Shown: piece after piece, positions 49,961 through 63,416 of the stretch
Position numbering within the stretch: the first letter of the stretch is position 1
How the letters are laid out: each line of letters begins with the position of its first letter
DNA from: Paraspadella gotoi
Lineage: Eukaryota > Animalia > Chaetognatha
NCBI GenBank assembly: GCA_051294375.1
Contig: CM119268.1
Location: forward strand, 24,026,349 to 24,090,348
Reading direction: 5' to 3'
DNA: 64,000 nucleotides
The notes under the pieces: model-generated
The model's database searches: none
What the model saw: the letters and a program-made list of their open reading frames with translations, nothing else
Told to the model about the DNA's origin: nothing
Position numbers and translations under genes: made by a program

Positions 49961-51249
49961 GTTTTTAACTCATTGAACCCTGCGCATGGCTAAATCCGTG
50001 GAGAAGAGTGAACGCAGGCGTAGCTGCCCACAATTGGCGTAAAAAGTCCAAAAGGAAAAAGAGTGCAAGCAACAGATAATACTGAAAGCCGTGAAAAAAA
50101 ATGATTGTTGGATCGGTTGATTGAACTGAAGTTGTTTATGATATTGAACGAAACCAGATTGAGCCGGGCTGGANNNNNNNNNNNNNNNNNNNNNNNNNCA
50201 CAGAAATCGTCAATCGATTAATTTCTTTGTCAGTAAATCGGTAATTCCCTGAATAAATAAATATTATCAATGGAAAAAAAAATATTCAGAAATACTGAGT
50301 GGTTTTGATTAATGTAGATACTTTGGATAATATGAAAAGTATAAAAACAAATATTCAGCAGTCCTTAAGCTATTTGGGAATAACTTTGGACCTTTGTTAC
50401 TTAAGAACAGTCACATTAAAAGTTTTAAAAACATTTATTGAAACTTCATGAACGTCGTTTTCTGTCGATGCACAAAACCTCGAAGGATGTTGATAGAATA
50501 ATAGAAAAATGGATATTTTTACGTGACGGGTTTNNNNNNNNNNNNNNNNNNNNNNNNNNNNNNNNNNNNNNNNNNNNNNNNNNNNNNNNNNNNNNNNNNN
50601 NNNNNNNNNNNNNNNNNNNNNNNNNNNNNNNNNNNNNNNNNNNNNNNNNNNNNNNNNNNNNNNNNNNNNNNNNNNNNNNNNNNNNNNNNNNNNNNNNNNN
50701 NNNNNNNNNNNNNNNNNNNNNNNNNNNNNNNNNNNNNNNNNNNNNNNNNNNNNNNNNNNNNNNNNNNNNNNNNNNNNNNNNNNNNNNNNNNNNNNNNNNN
50801 NNNNNNNNNNNNNNNNNNNNNNNNNNNNNNNNNNNNNNNNNNNNNNNNNNNNNNNNNNNNNNNNNNNNNNNNNNNNNNNNNNNNNNNNNNNNNNNNNNNN
50901 NNNNNNNNNNNNNNNNNNNNNNNNNNNNNNNNNNNNNNNNNNNNNNNNNNNNNNNNNNNNNNNNNNNNNNNNNNNNNNNNNNNNNNNNNNNNNNNNNNNN
51001 NNNNNNNNNNNNNNNNNNNNNNNNNNNNNNNNNNNNNNNNNNNNNNNNNNNNNNNNNNNNNNNNNNNNNNNNNNNNNNNNNNNNNNNNNNNNNNNNNNNN
51101 NNNNNNNNNAGTGAAATATTGAAAATGAAATGGAAAAGGATAGTTTGTGTGGGATAGTTAAGATAAAGAGGGAAGAGAAAAATAAGTAAAGAAAGAGCTC
51201 AAAATGTCCTCACATCTGACCACTTTCCTTTACTAAATTCTTTGTTGGA

Positions 51250-51338
<89 letters not shown>

Positions 51339-51371
51339 GTTTGTGAAATAAATTATTTGTGATTTCAAATG

Positions 51372-51406
51372 CTGATGAAGGCTTGAGTTGTAAGCCGAAA
51401 CATGTC
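51372..51406 (+). ncRNA. Minimal type-I hammerhead ribozyme motif of Penelope-like (pLTR) type
   Basis: CTGATGA-A-GGCTT-gagttgt-AAGCC-GAAAC-AT-GTC: intact core, 5-bp stem II, palindromic ACATGT stem III. Stem I is only 2 bp. Followed by AATAAA and an AT-rich tail, preceded by a (TC)n tract. Confidence 0.65.
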
Positions 51407-51919
51407 CAAAGTTAATAAAAAACTTTATTGTTGTTCCACGAAAATTTTCGTTTTTAATTATTCTCAAAAACTATATTTGAAATACTCAAGAAGCTTAAGA
51501 CTAAGAGCATTTTGCACTGGAATTTATTAAAAGAGATATAACCTAACCTAAGCACAACTTCACTGACCTTTTAAACTCAGTGATGGAGCAGCAGTCAGGT
51601 CAGTTGAGCTGTGCGCAGTTTTAAACTCAGTGATGGAGCAGCAGTCAGGTCAGTTCAGCTGTGCGCAGTTCCAAAACAGTTTGCTTCTTTCGGGATTGAT
51701 AGTTGTCAAAAACTATTTACAATAATGGAAATATGTTCTTTATACATTTTTTTATTATCATACCAATTTTCAAAATTTTAATTTAATTTTTACTGCTTCA
51801 AATGAGTTGTTTAATTCATTCCCAAAATAGCTCGAAGACCCAGTATCTTACTTTTTAGTTGCTTTATTAATTATTATCCAAATAATTTATTAGTTTCTTT
51901 TTTTTACAGACTTTTGTAA

Positions 51920-52440
51920 TCTTGTTCTTTTCTATTTTAATCCATTGTTCCTCTCTTTTTTATTTTATAATCTAATCCATTGTTCCTTTTTTTATTTTCT
52001 ATTCTAATCCATTGTTCCTCTCTTTTTTCTTTTCTATTCTAATCCATTGTTCCTCTTTTTTCTTTTCTCTTCTAATTCATTGTTCCTCTTTTTTTTCTTC
52101 TTTATTTTAATCCATTATTCCTCTCTTTTTTCTTCCTTATTTTAATCCATTATTCCTTTTTTTTCTTTTCTATTCTAATCCATTATTCCTCTCTTTTTTC
52201 TTCTTTATTTTAATCCATTGTTCCTTTTTTTCTTTTTTATTCTAATCCATTGTTCCTTTTTTTCTTTTCTATTCTAATCCATTGTTCCTCTCTTTTTTCT
52301 TCTTTATTTTAATCCATTGTTCCTTTTTTTTTCTATTCTAATCCATTGTTCCTCTCTTTTTTCTTCTTTATTTTAATCCATTGTTCTTATTTTTATTTCT
52401 CTATTCTAATCCATTATTCCTATCTTTTTGCTTCTCTATT
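51920..52440. repeat. About 33-bp T-rich minisatellite (ttctaatccattgttcctctctttttt...)
   Basis: Directly visible, about 15 copies. Confidence 0.9.
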
Positions 52441-52527
52441 TTGTTATTGTTGTTGTGTTTTCCATTTCAATTCTTTCTTATTTCGTCGAATTTCAATGAA
52501 ATCCTAACGACGAATTATAAATGAGCT

Positions 52528-52560
<33 letters not shown>

Positions 52561-53086
52561 GCCTCGTAATTTACAGCTTTGAAGTCGTTACGAGCTGTCG
52601 TCGTCGTCTTTGTCGTCGTCGTCTTTGTCGTCGTCGTCTATATCGTCGTCGTTGTTGTTGTTGTTGTTGTTATTGCCAGAAATTATTGTCTTAGGTCCAG
52701 GGTACAGTGGGAAGGGGAAGCCAATTTGTCTAAGGAAAAAAATAATATGGATATTAAACATGATAAAAATTCTGTTTGAGCATCTCTCGATTCCTTGTAT
52801 TTTTTCATTGGCTAAATCTATTCTCATTCGACCACGGGCAGGGTCGTGTCTTGTAATGACAGGCCGTGGTCCTGTCAAGTCATGACCGGCCTCGTTCGTG
52901 TCAAGTCATGACCGGCCACGTTCGAGTCAAGTCATGACTGGCGTAACAAAGTCTTTTTAACAATAATTTTCCCAAAAGGCTTAATTCAAAAGATACATAG
53001 GTTGTATATATAAATAAATATTTTAGAAAAAAATATAAAACGTTTATGTTACAATGTAGAGAGTGAAAAGTTCGGAAGCAGAGACA

Positions 53087-53152
<66 letters not shown>

Positions 53153-53316
53153 TAGATAAGAACAATTTCTTTTTAGAATTAATCTGTACAGTTTTGCTTA
53201 AATAAACCCAAAACGTAAACTTATAAATAAAAAAATAAATGAAAAAATAATAATAAAAAAAATAAGAATTCAATTTGTTTTCTCCAAATTTTGGATGTTC
53301 ATTTGTTGAACTGACA

Positions 53317-53603
53317 ATGTCGACGACTGCGATCCTGGCGGATCAACTCACAAACTATAATGTCAACAAAAATGCAGACGAAGAGGAGAAAGGAGAATCC
53401 TCGGCGGCCTTGGTATGAAATGACATGGCACAGAAGTTAACATGACATGGCACAGAATTTAACATGAGCCGACATTTTTAAACATGGCTGCTTTCAGGCG
53501 CCACTCACCATATTTTCTGACATGGATCCAGACCAAAGAAGCGAAATTAGAGAAATGGCTGCAGCTCTTGGAGAGAAATATCAACCAAACTCTCCAGGTG
53601 AGA

Positions 53604-53659
<56 letters not shown>

Positions 53660-54229
53660 TTCTCTCTTTAAAATACTGCTTAATATTTATTGTCCCATTT
53701 TTAAGGTCAAATGCCAAAGTACAGCGAAGTCGCCAGAGGTAATATCGTTGTTGTTGTTGTAGTCTTTTCTTTCCTCCTCCTACTCCTCCCCCTTCTCCTT
53801 TCTCCACCTTCTCTTTCTTTCTCCTACTTCTCCTCTCCTCTCCCTCACTTCTCCCTCCTCTTCCTCCTCCTCCTCTTCCTCTCCCACCTCTTTCTCCTCC
53901 TCCCTTCCTCCCCTTCCCCTCCTCTTCCCATCCTCCTCCTCATCCTCCTCCTCCTTCCTCCTCCTCCTTTTCTCTCTCCCTCCTCTTTCCCCTCTTCCTC
54001 TTCCTTCTCCCTCCCTAATCCTCTTCCCTCCTCCTTCCTCTTTCCTTCCCCTTCTCCTCCTCCTCCTCCTCCTCCAGAACTGAAGGAGATGTTGGACAAG
54101 AAGTATGCCCCGGAATGGCACGTCTGCGTTGGAGAAGCCTTCGGTTTTCAAGTCACCTACGAATTAGGGAATTTCATTTATCTCTACGTTTTGGGGAATG
54201 TTGCCATTTTGGCCTGGAAATGCGCTTGA
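53317..54229 (+). CDS. DNAL4: Dynein light chain 4, axonemal-like (LC8 superfamily), 126 aa, 4 exons
   Basis: Exons 53317-53412, 53498-53597, 53706-53738 and 54078-54229 (phases 0,1,1). APLTIFSDM..AAALGEKY..ARELKEMLDKKYAPEWHVCVGEAFGFQVTYELGNFIYLYVLGNVAILAWKCA* matches the DNAL4 pattern. Confidence 0.88.
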
Positions 54230-54383
54230 GAGAATCAGGGGTCGGGAAGGGGGAGCGGTTTTTGGGATCTGGAAAAATCAACAGTTGAAAATTGAAGATT
54301 TAAAACTGGCGTGGGGTGTTGAAGGGAAAGAGAGAAGTCATGAGTTGAATGGATTATCTCTGGTTAGATCTGATAACAAAACA

Positions 54384-54415
<32 letters not shown>

Positions 54416-55819
54416 AAAATGGGGATTTAAGTTTTAAAAAAATATTAAACTAAATTAAATATATTATTTTTTTTGTTTTTCTTTTGAAGCAAACGAAAAA
54501 AAGTGGTAGAAAATGGTGTGGCGCGGCGTGGCCTGATCTGGCGTGGCGTGTCTTGGCGTGACGTAATGTGGCGTAGCGTTAAAACTAGATATAACAAATT
54601 TCTTTTGACAATGGCGTTATCGCTTGAGGTTGACGTTAAAGGCCAGTGGCATCCGTTCGTCTCTGTCCGTCTCCCAATTTATCAACTGATTAGAATTGAT
54701 ACATAAACGAAACTTGGCTGATTATGGACCAAATTGACTTGATTGTGGAAAGACATGGCTGAGACGAAGAAAGTAATTCTGGTTTATGAAAAAAATTAAA
54801 TAAAAAACATTAAATTTGAAAGATAAATAATAAACATTAAATTTAACTTAAAAAATTAGCACAAACTCATTCCAGATTAAATTCACTTTTTTTATTTCAT
54901 TTCTTTTATTTCATTGTTTGCATTTAAATTGTTAACTTGCGACTTTTTACAGTCTCTCCGTCCGTCCAAATGCCTGCAATAAAATTCTTTCGCTTAAAAT
55001 TCCGGCTCTTTTTTCCGAATGCCTCCTACTTCGTTTTAATTTTTTAATTTAACCTAAACTAGATACCTCACTCGAGATCCAATATTATGAAGAGACAGTA
55101 ATTATTTTTTTATATATTTTTATCGGGGTCCATGGAGGATGATATAAATATTCACTTTCAAAAAACCGTTTTTAAATTCCTACAATGGTTTCCGAGATAT
55201 AGTCATTAGACCTTTCCATATATAAAAAGTTTTGAAATAAAAAAAGAGTATTGTGTAAAAGGTACCCATACATCATATGAATTTTTTGAACATTTTTTTT
55301 TTAAATTTACAGTAAATGCTGCCAACTTTGAAAAAAATGAAAAAAATGGTAAAAAATATACTTTTTGCTAAATATCTTTAAAAGCTTTATTGTTAGAGGG
55401 ACGAAACCCAAACTATGTTTTAGAGCTGAAAAATTGACTGTTACATGCCTTGGATTATAAATTAAGTTATTTTTTTACTAAGGAAAATTTTTTTAAAACC
55501 TATTGTTTTGGGCAATTTTTGATCAAATTTTTTAAAAATGATATTTTTAACAATGTTTGTGAAATTTTTTTTTTAAATTATGGCGAATTTAATAAAAAGA
55601 TATTTGCCTTTGTTTTGCTGAAAGAATTTTTTAAACAACAGTTATCGGTTAAAAGTTATAATTTTTTAATTTAAAAAAAATCATTTTTTGTTAAAATTTT
55701 TTTTAATTATTAAAATAGGTTTGAACTAGGCTAAGGGAAAAATTTTTACACAGCTTTTATTTAAATCGGAGTTAAAAGTATAACAGTTTTTTTGCATTAA
55801 AAATTTCAATGAAGGCATG

Positions 55820-55982
55820 AACAAAGTTTAGAAGAGAGATTTAACAACGATTTTTATTTCATAGTGAAACGGACATGTGAGTCGAAACATGTCCGTTTCA
55901 CTATGAAATAAAAATCGTTGTTAAGTCTCTCTTCAAAACTTTGTTCTAAATCAAATCACAACGAAACAGAAAGGAAAAAACA
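55820..55982 (+). mobile_element. Short Penelope-like insertion with 5' inversion (about 60-bp hairpin) and 13-bp TSD
   Basis: Inverted repeat 55820-55946 centred on the hammerhead 3' half GAGTC-GAAAC-ATGTC. Flanking direct repeat CAATGAAGGCATG at 55807-55819 and 55983-55995. Confidence 0.7.
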
Positions 55983-58007
55983 CAATGAAGGCATGTGAAA
56001 TTTTTTTTCTTCTTTTGTAATTTGAAAAAGGAAAGACTAAATTACATTTTGATTACAATTAAATTTTCTCTACTCTAGAAATTTGGTGGTTTTTTTTAGT
56101 TAAAGTAAAAAACAAGCAAAAATTTATGAAGTAGCTGGATAAAATGTTTTTTTTATATATGAAAAATGATAAATACAAAAATATTTTCAGATTGATATAA
56201 ACAGTCTGAACATCTACCTTCTTGTCTGTGAAAAAAAATTGTCATTTTTCATTATATCAACTGCAAACAAAAAGCTTGACACGCTGCTTGTTTATCATAA
56301 TAAAATTTTTAAAAAATACATAGCTGGCGACATATTTGACTAAGCATTGTGTTTATTTGTNNNNNNNNNNTTTTTTAGTTAAAGTAAAAAACAAGCAAAA
56401 ATTTTGAAGTAGCTGGATAAAATGTTTTTTTAAATATGAAAAATGATAAATACAAAAATATTTTCAGATTGATATAAACAGTCTGAACGTCTACCTTCTT
56501 GTCTGTGAAAAAAAATTGTCATTTTTCATTATATCAACTGCAAACAAAAAGCTTGACACGCTGCTTGTTTATCATAATAAAATTTAAAAAAAATACATAG
56601 CTGGCGACATATTTGACAAAGCATTGTGTTTATTTGTATTGATAATTTTCTTTTAAATATAACAACCTTTATACAAGGAATTTAATTATATTACTTATTA
56701 TCCGTTTTAATTAAGAAAAAAAAATTCGCGGAATAGTCCATTGGAAAGGGTTCATTGACTGACTTAATGATCGAATTTTTTAGGTTTCTTTACAGCCCCC
56801 ATTTTACAAGACATAAAAGGTCATGATTATCGTGTCAGTATGTCCAGATTATCTGTACCCTTTCTGCAACCTGCATTCTGAATTTTTTTTTCTCTTTCAA
56901 ATGTATTAAATCAAAAAATTTATTTAAAGAACGATCAGTGTGGAGGATGCCATTGGTAAGCCTTAGTTACCCCACTTCCCGATCGAATTTTTAAACGAGG
57001 TTTTTTTTCCATCTATTCGAGACATAACACTAACTATTAGTATTATTAATTTTTAATTTTTTTCATGAAGTTTTGCGTAATCAGAGAAACGTTTAGCGTG
57101 TCTAAAAATATGGAAAAAAAAGAGAAAAACGTTCTGACAAATTTAAAAATTTATGGAAGAATCGACCTAAACTTACAAACCAATCCTAATCATAATTGAT
57201 GTTATAATAACTAATGCTAACTTAATTCTAACCTTTAATCTAAAATTATATTCCGTAACAAAACAAATAAATAACGTAATACCAAATCCTAACCTTTATA
57301 CTACATTAACCTAATTCCGAAATTAAAATAAAATGGGTCGTTCGAGGAAAATAAGGCCTAAAGTCTTTTTCTCTTTTTACGTCAAAAAATAAAAAAAGTT
57401 TCATTTTTGTTCTTTTATTTTGTTTACGTCACGTGATTTCCTTGTTTCTTGTTTCTCAATTTTATTTTGTTTTTGTTCTTTGGAATTCAAAACACGGCTT
57501 CATCAAAGTCAATTGATACCGTGAGTGGAATCTCTCTCTCTCNNNNNNNNNNTCTCTCTCTTTTCTTCTTTCTCTTTTCCAGATTTTCTCTTCTTGAACT
57601 TAATTTTTTTTTCCAGATTTTGAGCCAAAAAACAATTTTATATTTTTAATCTCAAAATATTTTTTTACGGTTTAAACAGAAATTAAATTTTTTTAACATT
57701 TAACTTAAATATGTTGATGTTATACGACTGTGGTCCTAATACGTTGAATCATGTGCATTGACATTGCTTTAATTTTGCAAATTTTAAATTTATTGTTAAA
57801 AATTTGTAGACTTGATGCTTTAAGACAAAAATGACAAAAGTTACTCAAGTTTTGGAAATCATATAATTTGAACACTTCTGGTGTCTCTCTCTCTGTCTTT
57901 CTCGAGTCAATTCGATAAAAGATTAGATAAAGAAAGAGAGAGAGAGAGATAGAGAAAGAGCGATGGAGAGAGATAGAGCCGTTCGTAGAAGGTGGAACCA
58001 GGATATA

Positions 58008-58210
58008 GAAGCCAGGAACTGTGGGAGTGAATAAACGAGACTGTGAGAGAGTCTTGATTGAAAGCTTGCAGAGACCTGCTATGTTGTTATCTTGTAAGAG
58101 TGATGGAGGCCTTAAACCACCAAAGCCTGTCCAAAGTCAGGGGCAATATAGCTTATTTATTAAATGAATGGATTATTGTTTAATTAGTTGTAACATTTTT
58201 ATAAAATTTC
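58008..58210 (+). mobile_element. Twister-bearing repeat, 5'-truncated copy
   Basis: Consensus match with ribozyme core at 58087-58152. Further fragments occur at about 3088-3192, 6585-6630, 7161-7222, 16220-16290 (minus) and 20945-21029. Confidence 0.75.
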
Positions 58211-58425
58211 GGAATTTAATCATTAAATTGAAATAATAATAGAGAAGAAAGAGAGAAAAGAGAATTAATCTGATACGGGAGAACGAAATAGAGAGGGAGA
58301 CAAGAGCGAAAGATAGAGACAGAGTGAAGACCGATAAAGGTCGGAATCCGTCGCATGAAAGCCCATTCTCCATTCGAACCATTGATCATTGGGGGAGTGA
58401 GAGAGAGATAGGGAGGATGAGAGAA

Positions 58426-58508
<83 letters not shown>

Positions 58509-58981
58509 TTGACATTTAAGTATGTGATTCTCACTTTTTTAGCATCAATTTTTTTTGTCCTGTTACTGAAAAGTGACATTTTTATTTTCAAATTTAAAAG
58601 AAAAATTAACAAGGTAAATCAATTTTTTTTAAAATTTTGTAAAACTTATTGTAAAGCTGTTTTGGTTTGAAACCAAATAATGACGGTTTTAAAGATTGAA
58701 GTCCATAACTATTGGTGGATAACACATTAAGCGTTCTAACTTTTAAGTACACTTGTTAAAAAAAAATAAAATGTCATGTAGTTCATATTTATATTATTCA
58801 TTTTCATCTCTCTGCAGTACGTTATTTATTTCTAGCTCAACCTTTGATCTTGTCCTCGCTCTCCCTTTAATCCATGATAAACAATTTTTGCCATCCTTCG
58901 TTTCCATGGTAACGCTTGTTTCCGGTTTAAACGAAACGCCCGCCTATTATTTACCACTGAACCATGAAATTAAATTAGATT

Positions 58982-59083
<102 letters not shown>

Positions 59084-59560
59084 AGGATGCTCAAAAAGAC
59101 AACCCTGATTAGTGATTAATGTCCAGAAATGTTATATAGGAAGTTATTTATTAACAGTGCTTATGTCACATTAAGGAGAAAGACACTAGGTAGAGAAAAT
59201 CGGATAAAGATACTGATAACTAGTATATCAAGTTCAGATTAAAAAAGAAAACAAATTAAAGAAACCGTGTTGTGAGAAGAAAAATTAAAGACAATAGACT
59301 TTAGAATATTGTATAGTCAAAGACTGTCTTCCAAAACTATAAAATATATTAAGAAAATCACATAAAACAAATAAGTCGTATTTTAGGATTAAGAAGTTGA
59401 TCGTTTAAATTTCGCTTTAATTACTAATTTTGCTAGTTTTTATTACTCTTATTACTAGTTTTTTAACGACTCACATCAATTTTCATATACAATTCCCTCA
59501 CAACAAGGCCGTTTAACTAAAGAAAGAGAGAAAGACCTTGTTTGCTTTTGAAATTAAGAG

Positions 59561-59594
<34 letters not shown>

Positions 59595-61477
59595 ATCTCG
59601 TCGTCCATTTTGTCTTTTTTTTCTTTTCTCCTCAACGTAATTTTCAACTTAATTCGATAATCTAATTTTCATATTATAGAAAAATGAGTTTGTTAGCTAC
59701 ACTTATTTTATTTTTATACTTTAAGCAAGTTCAAGCANNNNNNNNNNNNNNNNNNNNNNNNNNNNNNNNNNNNNNNNNNNNNNNNNNNNNNNNNNNNNNN
59801 NNNNNNNNNNNNNNNNNNNNNNNNNNNNNNNNNNNNNNNNNNNNNNNNNNNNNNNNNNNNNNNNNNNNNNNNNNNNNNNNNNNNNNNNNNNNNNNNNNNN
59901 NNNNNNNNNNNNNNNNNNNNNNNNNNNNNNNNNNNNNNNNNNNNNNNNNNNNNNNNNNNNNNNNNNNNNNNNNNNNNNNNNNNNNNNNNNNNNNNNNNNN
60001 NNNNNNNNNNNNNNNNNNNNNNNNNNNNNNNNNNNNNNNNNNNNNNNNNNNNNNNNNNNNNNNNNNNNNNNNNNNNNNNNNNNNNNNNNNNNNNNNNNNN
60101 NNNNNNNNNNNNNNNNNNNNNNNNNNNNNNNNNNNNNNNNNNNNNNNNNNNNNNNNNNNNNNNNNNNNNNNNNNNNNNNNNNNNNNNNNNNNNNNNNNNN
60201 NNNNNNNNNNNNNNNNNNNNNNNNNNNNNNNNNNNNNNNNNNNNNNNNNNNNNNNNNNAATTTTGTTTATTATTATTTTTTATAATGTATGTATCGGTAT
60301 ATACTACTGCTAATAAGTTTAATGTCCCTCGATTGACTGATCTGAATTCCCGGTCAAAAAAAGAGAAAAAAGGTGAAGAAAAAGAGACACCATTTTTTGA
60401 TCAGAGGTTTGACCCTCTTAACCTTCCAAAGAACCTTATTCAATTAAAAAGAACACTGAGAGGGTCAGCTTGAGAGAGAGTGAGACTGTGAGAGAGAGAG
60501 AAGGAGATAGAGAGAGAGCAAGACATAAACTCAAAGAATATCATTTTTCTTTAAATTTGTATGTTCCTAATAGATTTAGTAATTATAGTTTTGGCTCTGT
60601 CTCTATCAATCTCTCGCTCTCTCTTTAGTCTCTTTAGCTCGTAGTTTTAACTCCGATGCTTAAGAAAATTATTTTCCAGATGCAAGAATTCCCACAACGG
60701 TTAACCGGTTGACAATATCTCTCTCTCTCTCTCTGAGCAAACTCTATCTAGAATTTCTTTATTTACTTCTTTCAAGAAGGGAATATGAAGCAGTAGAAAT
60801 TTCTTCAATAGTTAAATAGTTAAATAGTTAAATAAATAGAAAATTGGGATAAAAAGTTTAGATTTTAATTTAGTTTGTTAAAATGAAAAGAAGGAGGAAG
60901 AATAGAGATGAACATATAAAAATATTAATATACAATGTACAATTAAATGCAGACATAAACTCAAAGAATATCATTTTTCTTAAATTTGTATGTTCCTAAT
61001 AGATTTAGTAATTATAGTTTTTGGCTCTGTCTCTATCAATCTCTCGCTCTCTCTTTAGTCTCTTAGCTCGAGTTTTTAATCCGATGCTGTATAGAAAATT
61101 AATTTTCCAGATGCAAGAATTCCCACAACGGTTAACCGGTTGACAATATCTCTTTCTCTTCTCTCTCTCTCTCTCTCTCTCATCTGAGCAAACTCTATCA
61201 TAGAATTTCTTTAATTTACTTCTTTCAGAAGGGAATATGAAGCAGTAGAAATTCTTTCAATAGTTAAATAGTTAAATAGTTAAATAAATAGAAAATTGGG
61301 ATAAAAAGTTTAGATTTTAATTTAGTTTGTTAAATGAAAAGAAGGAGGAAGAATAGAGATGAACATATAAAAATATTAATATACAATGTACATTAAAAAA
61401 ACACTTAAATTGAAGTGGAATGCCATCAATTAAAAAATAATTAAAAAGAAAGAATTGCAAATATTTTTATTATTTCT

Positions 61478-61526
<49 letters not shown>

Positions 61527-61740
61527 TCTCTTCTCTTCCTCTCCCTTTCCCTCTCCCTCTCTATCACTTCCTCTCCTTTCTTCTTTCTTCCAACTACGGA
61601 CCGAAAACGGATATAAACTCCATCGATCTCTTTTTCCTCACAGAGTAGATTTTTGTAACTGAAAAGACTTTTATATCATTGGATAACAAAACCAGATGAT
61701 AATTTCTAGAAACTTGACGGACGGAAAACGCGGTGGAGAG

Positions 61741-61773
<33 letters not shown>

Positions 61774-63046
61774 GAGAGGAGGAGAAGAGAGAGAGTAGAG
61801 AGAGTCTAGGAAACCACGGGGAGAAATATATGAGGAAGAAGAAGAGAGGAGTTGGAGGAGGAGGAAAAGGAGGAAGAAGAAGGATAAAGTAAAAGAACAT
61901 CTTTTCCTGCGGAAAGGAGGAAGAGGAAGCGAAGTAAGATAAGGAATCTCTAAATGTCAAACTCTCTCTTCTCTCTCCCGCTCTTTCTCTCTTCTCTCTC
62001 CTTCTCTTCTCTCTCTCCTCTCTCCTCTCTCTCTCTCTTCTCTCTCCTCTCTCCTTCTCTCTTCTCTCTCTCTCTCTCTCTCTTTTATTATACTCTTCCT
62101 CGAAAACTCCGTCTTATCTCACTCGTTTTTTTCTTCTTGTTCTATTCCTCGCGTTTTCGATTTTCGTTTACTGTATTGCCATTCGCTTTTGCCATTCGTC
62201 ATCTGTTTTGCCATCGCCAAACGCCTTTGCCTGTCCGTTCGTCACGTCTGCCATTTTCCAATCAATCAATCATTGTTTTCTTTTAATTTCTGCTTTCCTA
62301 ATAATGCCCTTACTTTTGCCATCTATTATCCTCTCATTTTTCCATCTACTATCCAATTCTCTTTCTACCTATCTTATTCTTTTTTGCCTCAATCCTATTT
62401 TGTTATTTTTTTATTCTATTTTGGCTTCTATCTTGTACTTAGTGCTACCGATTACTCAATGCAGCAACAGAGTTGCTAAGAGGAATTCTTGGTAAAGCTT
62501 TTCCTTTTAATTTGATTAGTTGAGACCTGAATCGCTCTCTTTACTTTTTTATGTACTATCTATTTGTACAACTTAACCATAAATTAAACTATATAATTTT
62601 CCCCAGTAAGTAGATTGGTATTTCAATAACAAACAAGTTTTATTTATAAAGTTTTCAGTCAAGTTTTTCCAGCTAACATTGTCATTTATCATTTCTGCCA
62701 TAAGACATTAAATACCCTAAAATTTTCAATTAATATTATTTTTACGAAGTATTATTCTTTTTAACTGTTTGTTTTAATTAACAATAGTTTCGTTTTCATT
62801 TCTCTTTATTTTCCCCCAAAATATTATTATTATTCAAATTTTAATTTTTAATTTCTTTTTATTAATTATAGTTTGTTTACCTTTTACTTATTGTTTAATA
62901 CATTATAATTTATTTATTATTTTGATATCTCCTTTTAAACCATCTATCGCTTCCCGTCTGTTTATGGTTCCGCCCTCCACTAAGAATTCTCTGGAGTCAA
63001 ACGCAAGCATCGAAGCATTCTGCATTTTGCGGCGAGTGCAGTACTG

Positions 63047-63126
<80 letters not shown>

Positions 63127-63277
63127 TGTCCCGGGCAGGGGATATCTCTCTCTCTCTCTCTCCTCCTCTCCTCCCTCCCTCTCGTCTCTCTCTCTCTCTC
63201 TCTATTTCTCTCTCTCTCTCTTTCTTTCTAATTTCTATCATTTTTACAAAGAAACTAAAACAAAAAATATTTAAAAT

Positions 63278-63416
63278 ATGGAAACAAAAAGTCAGAAGAA
63301 AANNNNNNNNNNNNNNNNNNNNNNNNNAGAAAAAGAAAAAAGAAAGAGAAATGTTTTATCTTCATTTATTCCTTCTGCTAAAACAACGAAAGCCGTCGTC
63401 GCTGGAGGAATAACTG
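63278..63416 (+). CDS. Probable first coding exon of a mitochondrial carrier (tricarboxylate/citrate carrier-like), partial
   Basis: ATG at 63278 is in frame across a 25-N gap with ...SAKTTKAVVAGGITG followed by a strong donor G|gtaagc. KAVVAGGITG resembles the start of helix 1 of SLC25A1-type carriers. No downstream exon is identified in the window. Confidence 0.5.

Noticed and set aside
56090-56640. About 270-bp direct repeat across a 10-N gap (similar cases at 31260-31340 and 42674-42742, and a gapless 430-bp pair at 60520-61395)
   Set aside because: Typical unmerged contig overlap or allelic duplication.
62160-63045. Candidate small exons/ORFs (62941-63043 minus; 28-aa ORF at about 62168-62254 minus; 62443-62491 plus)
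   Set aside because: No recognisable domain and no consistent multi-exon chain.
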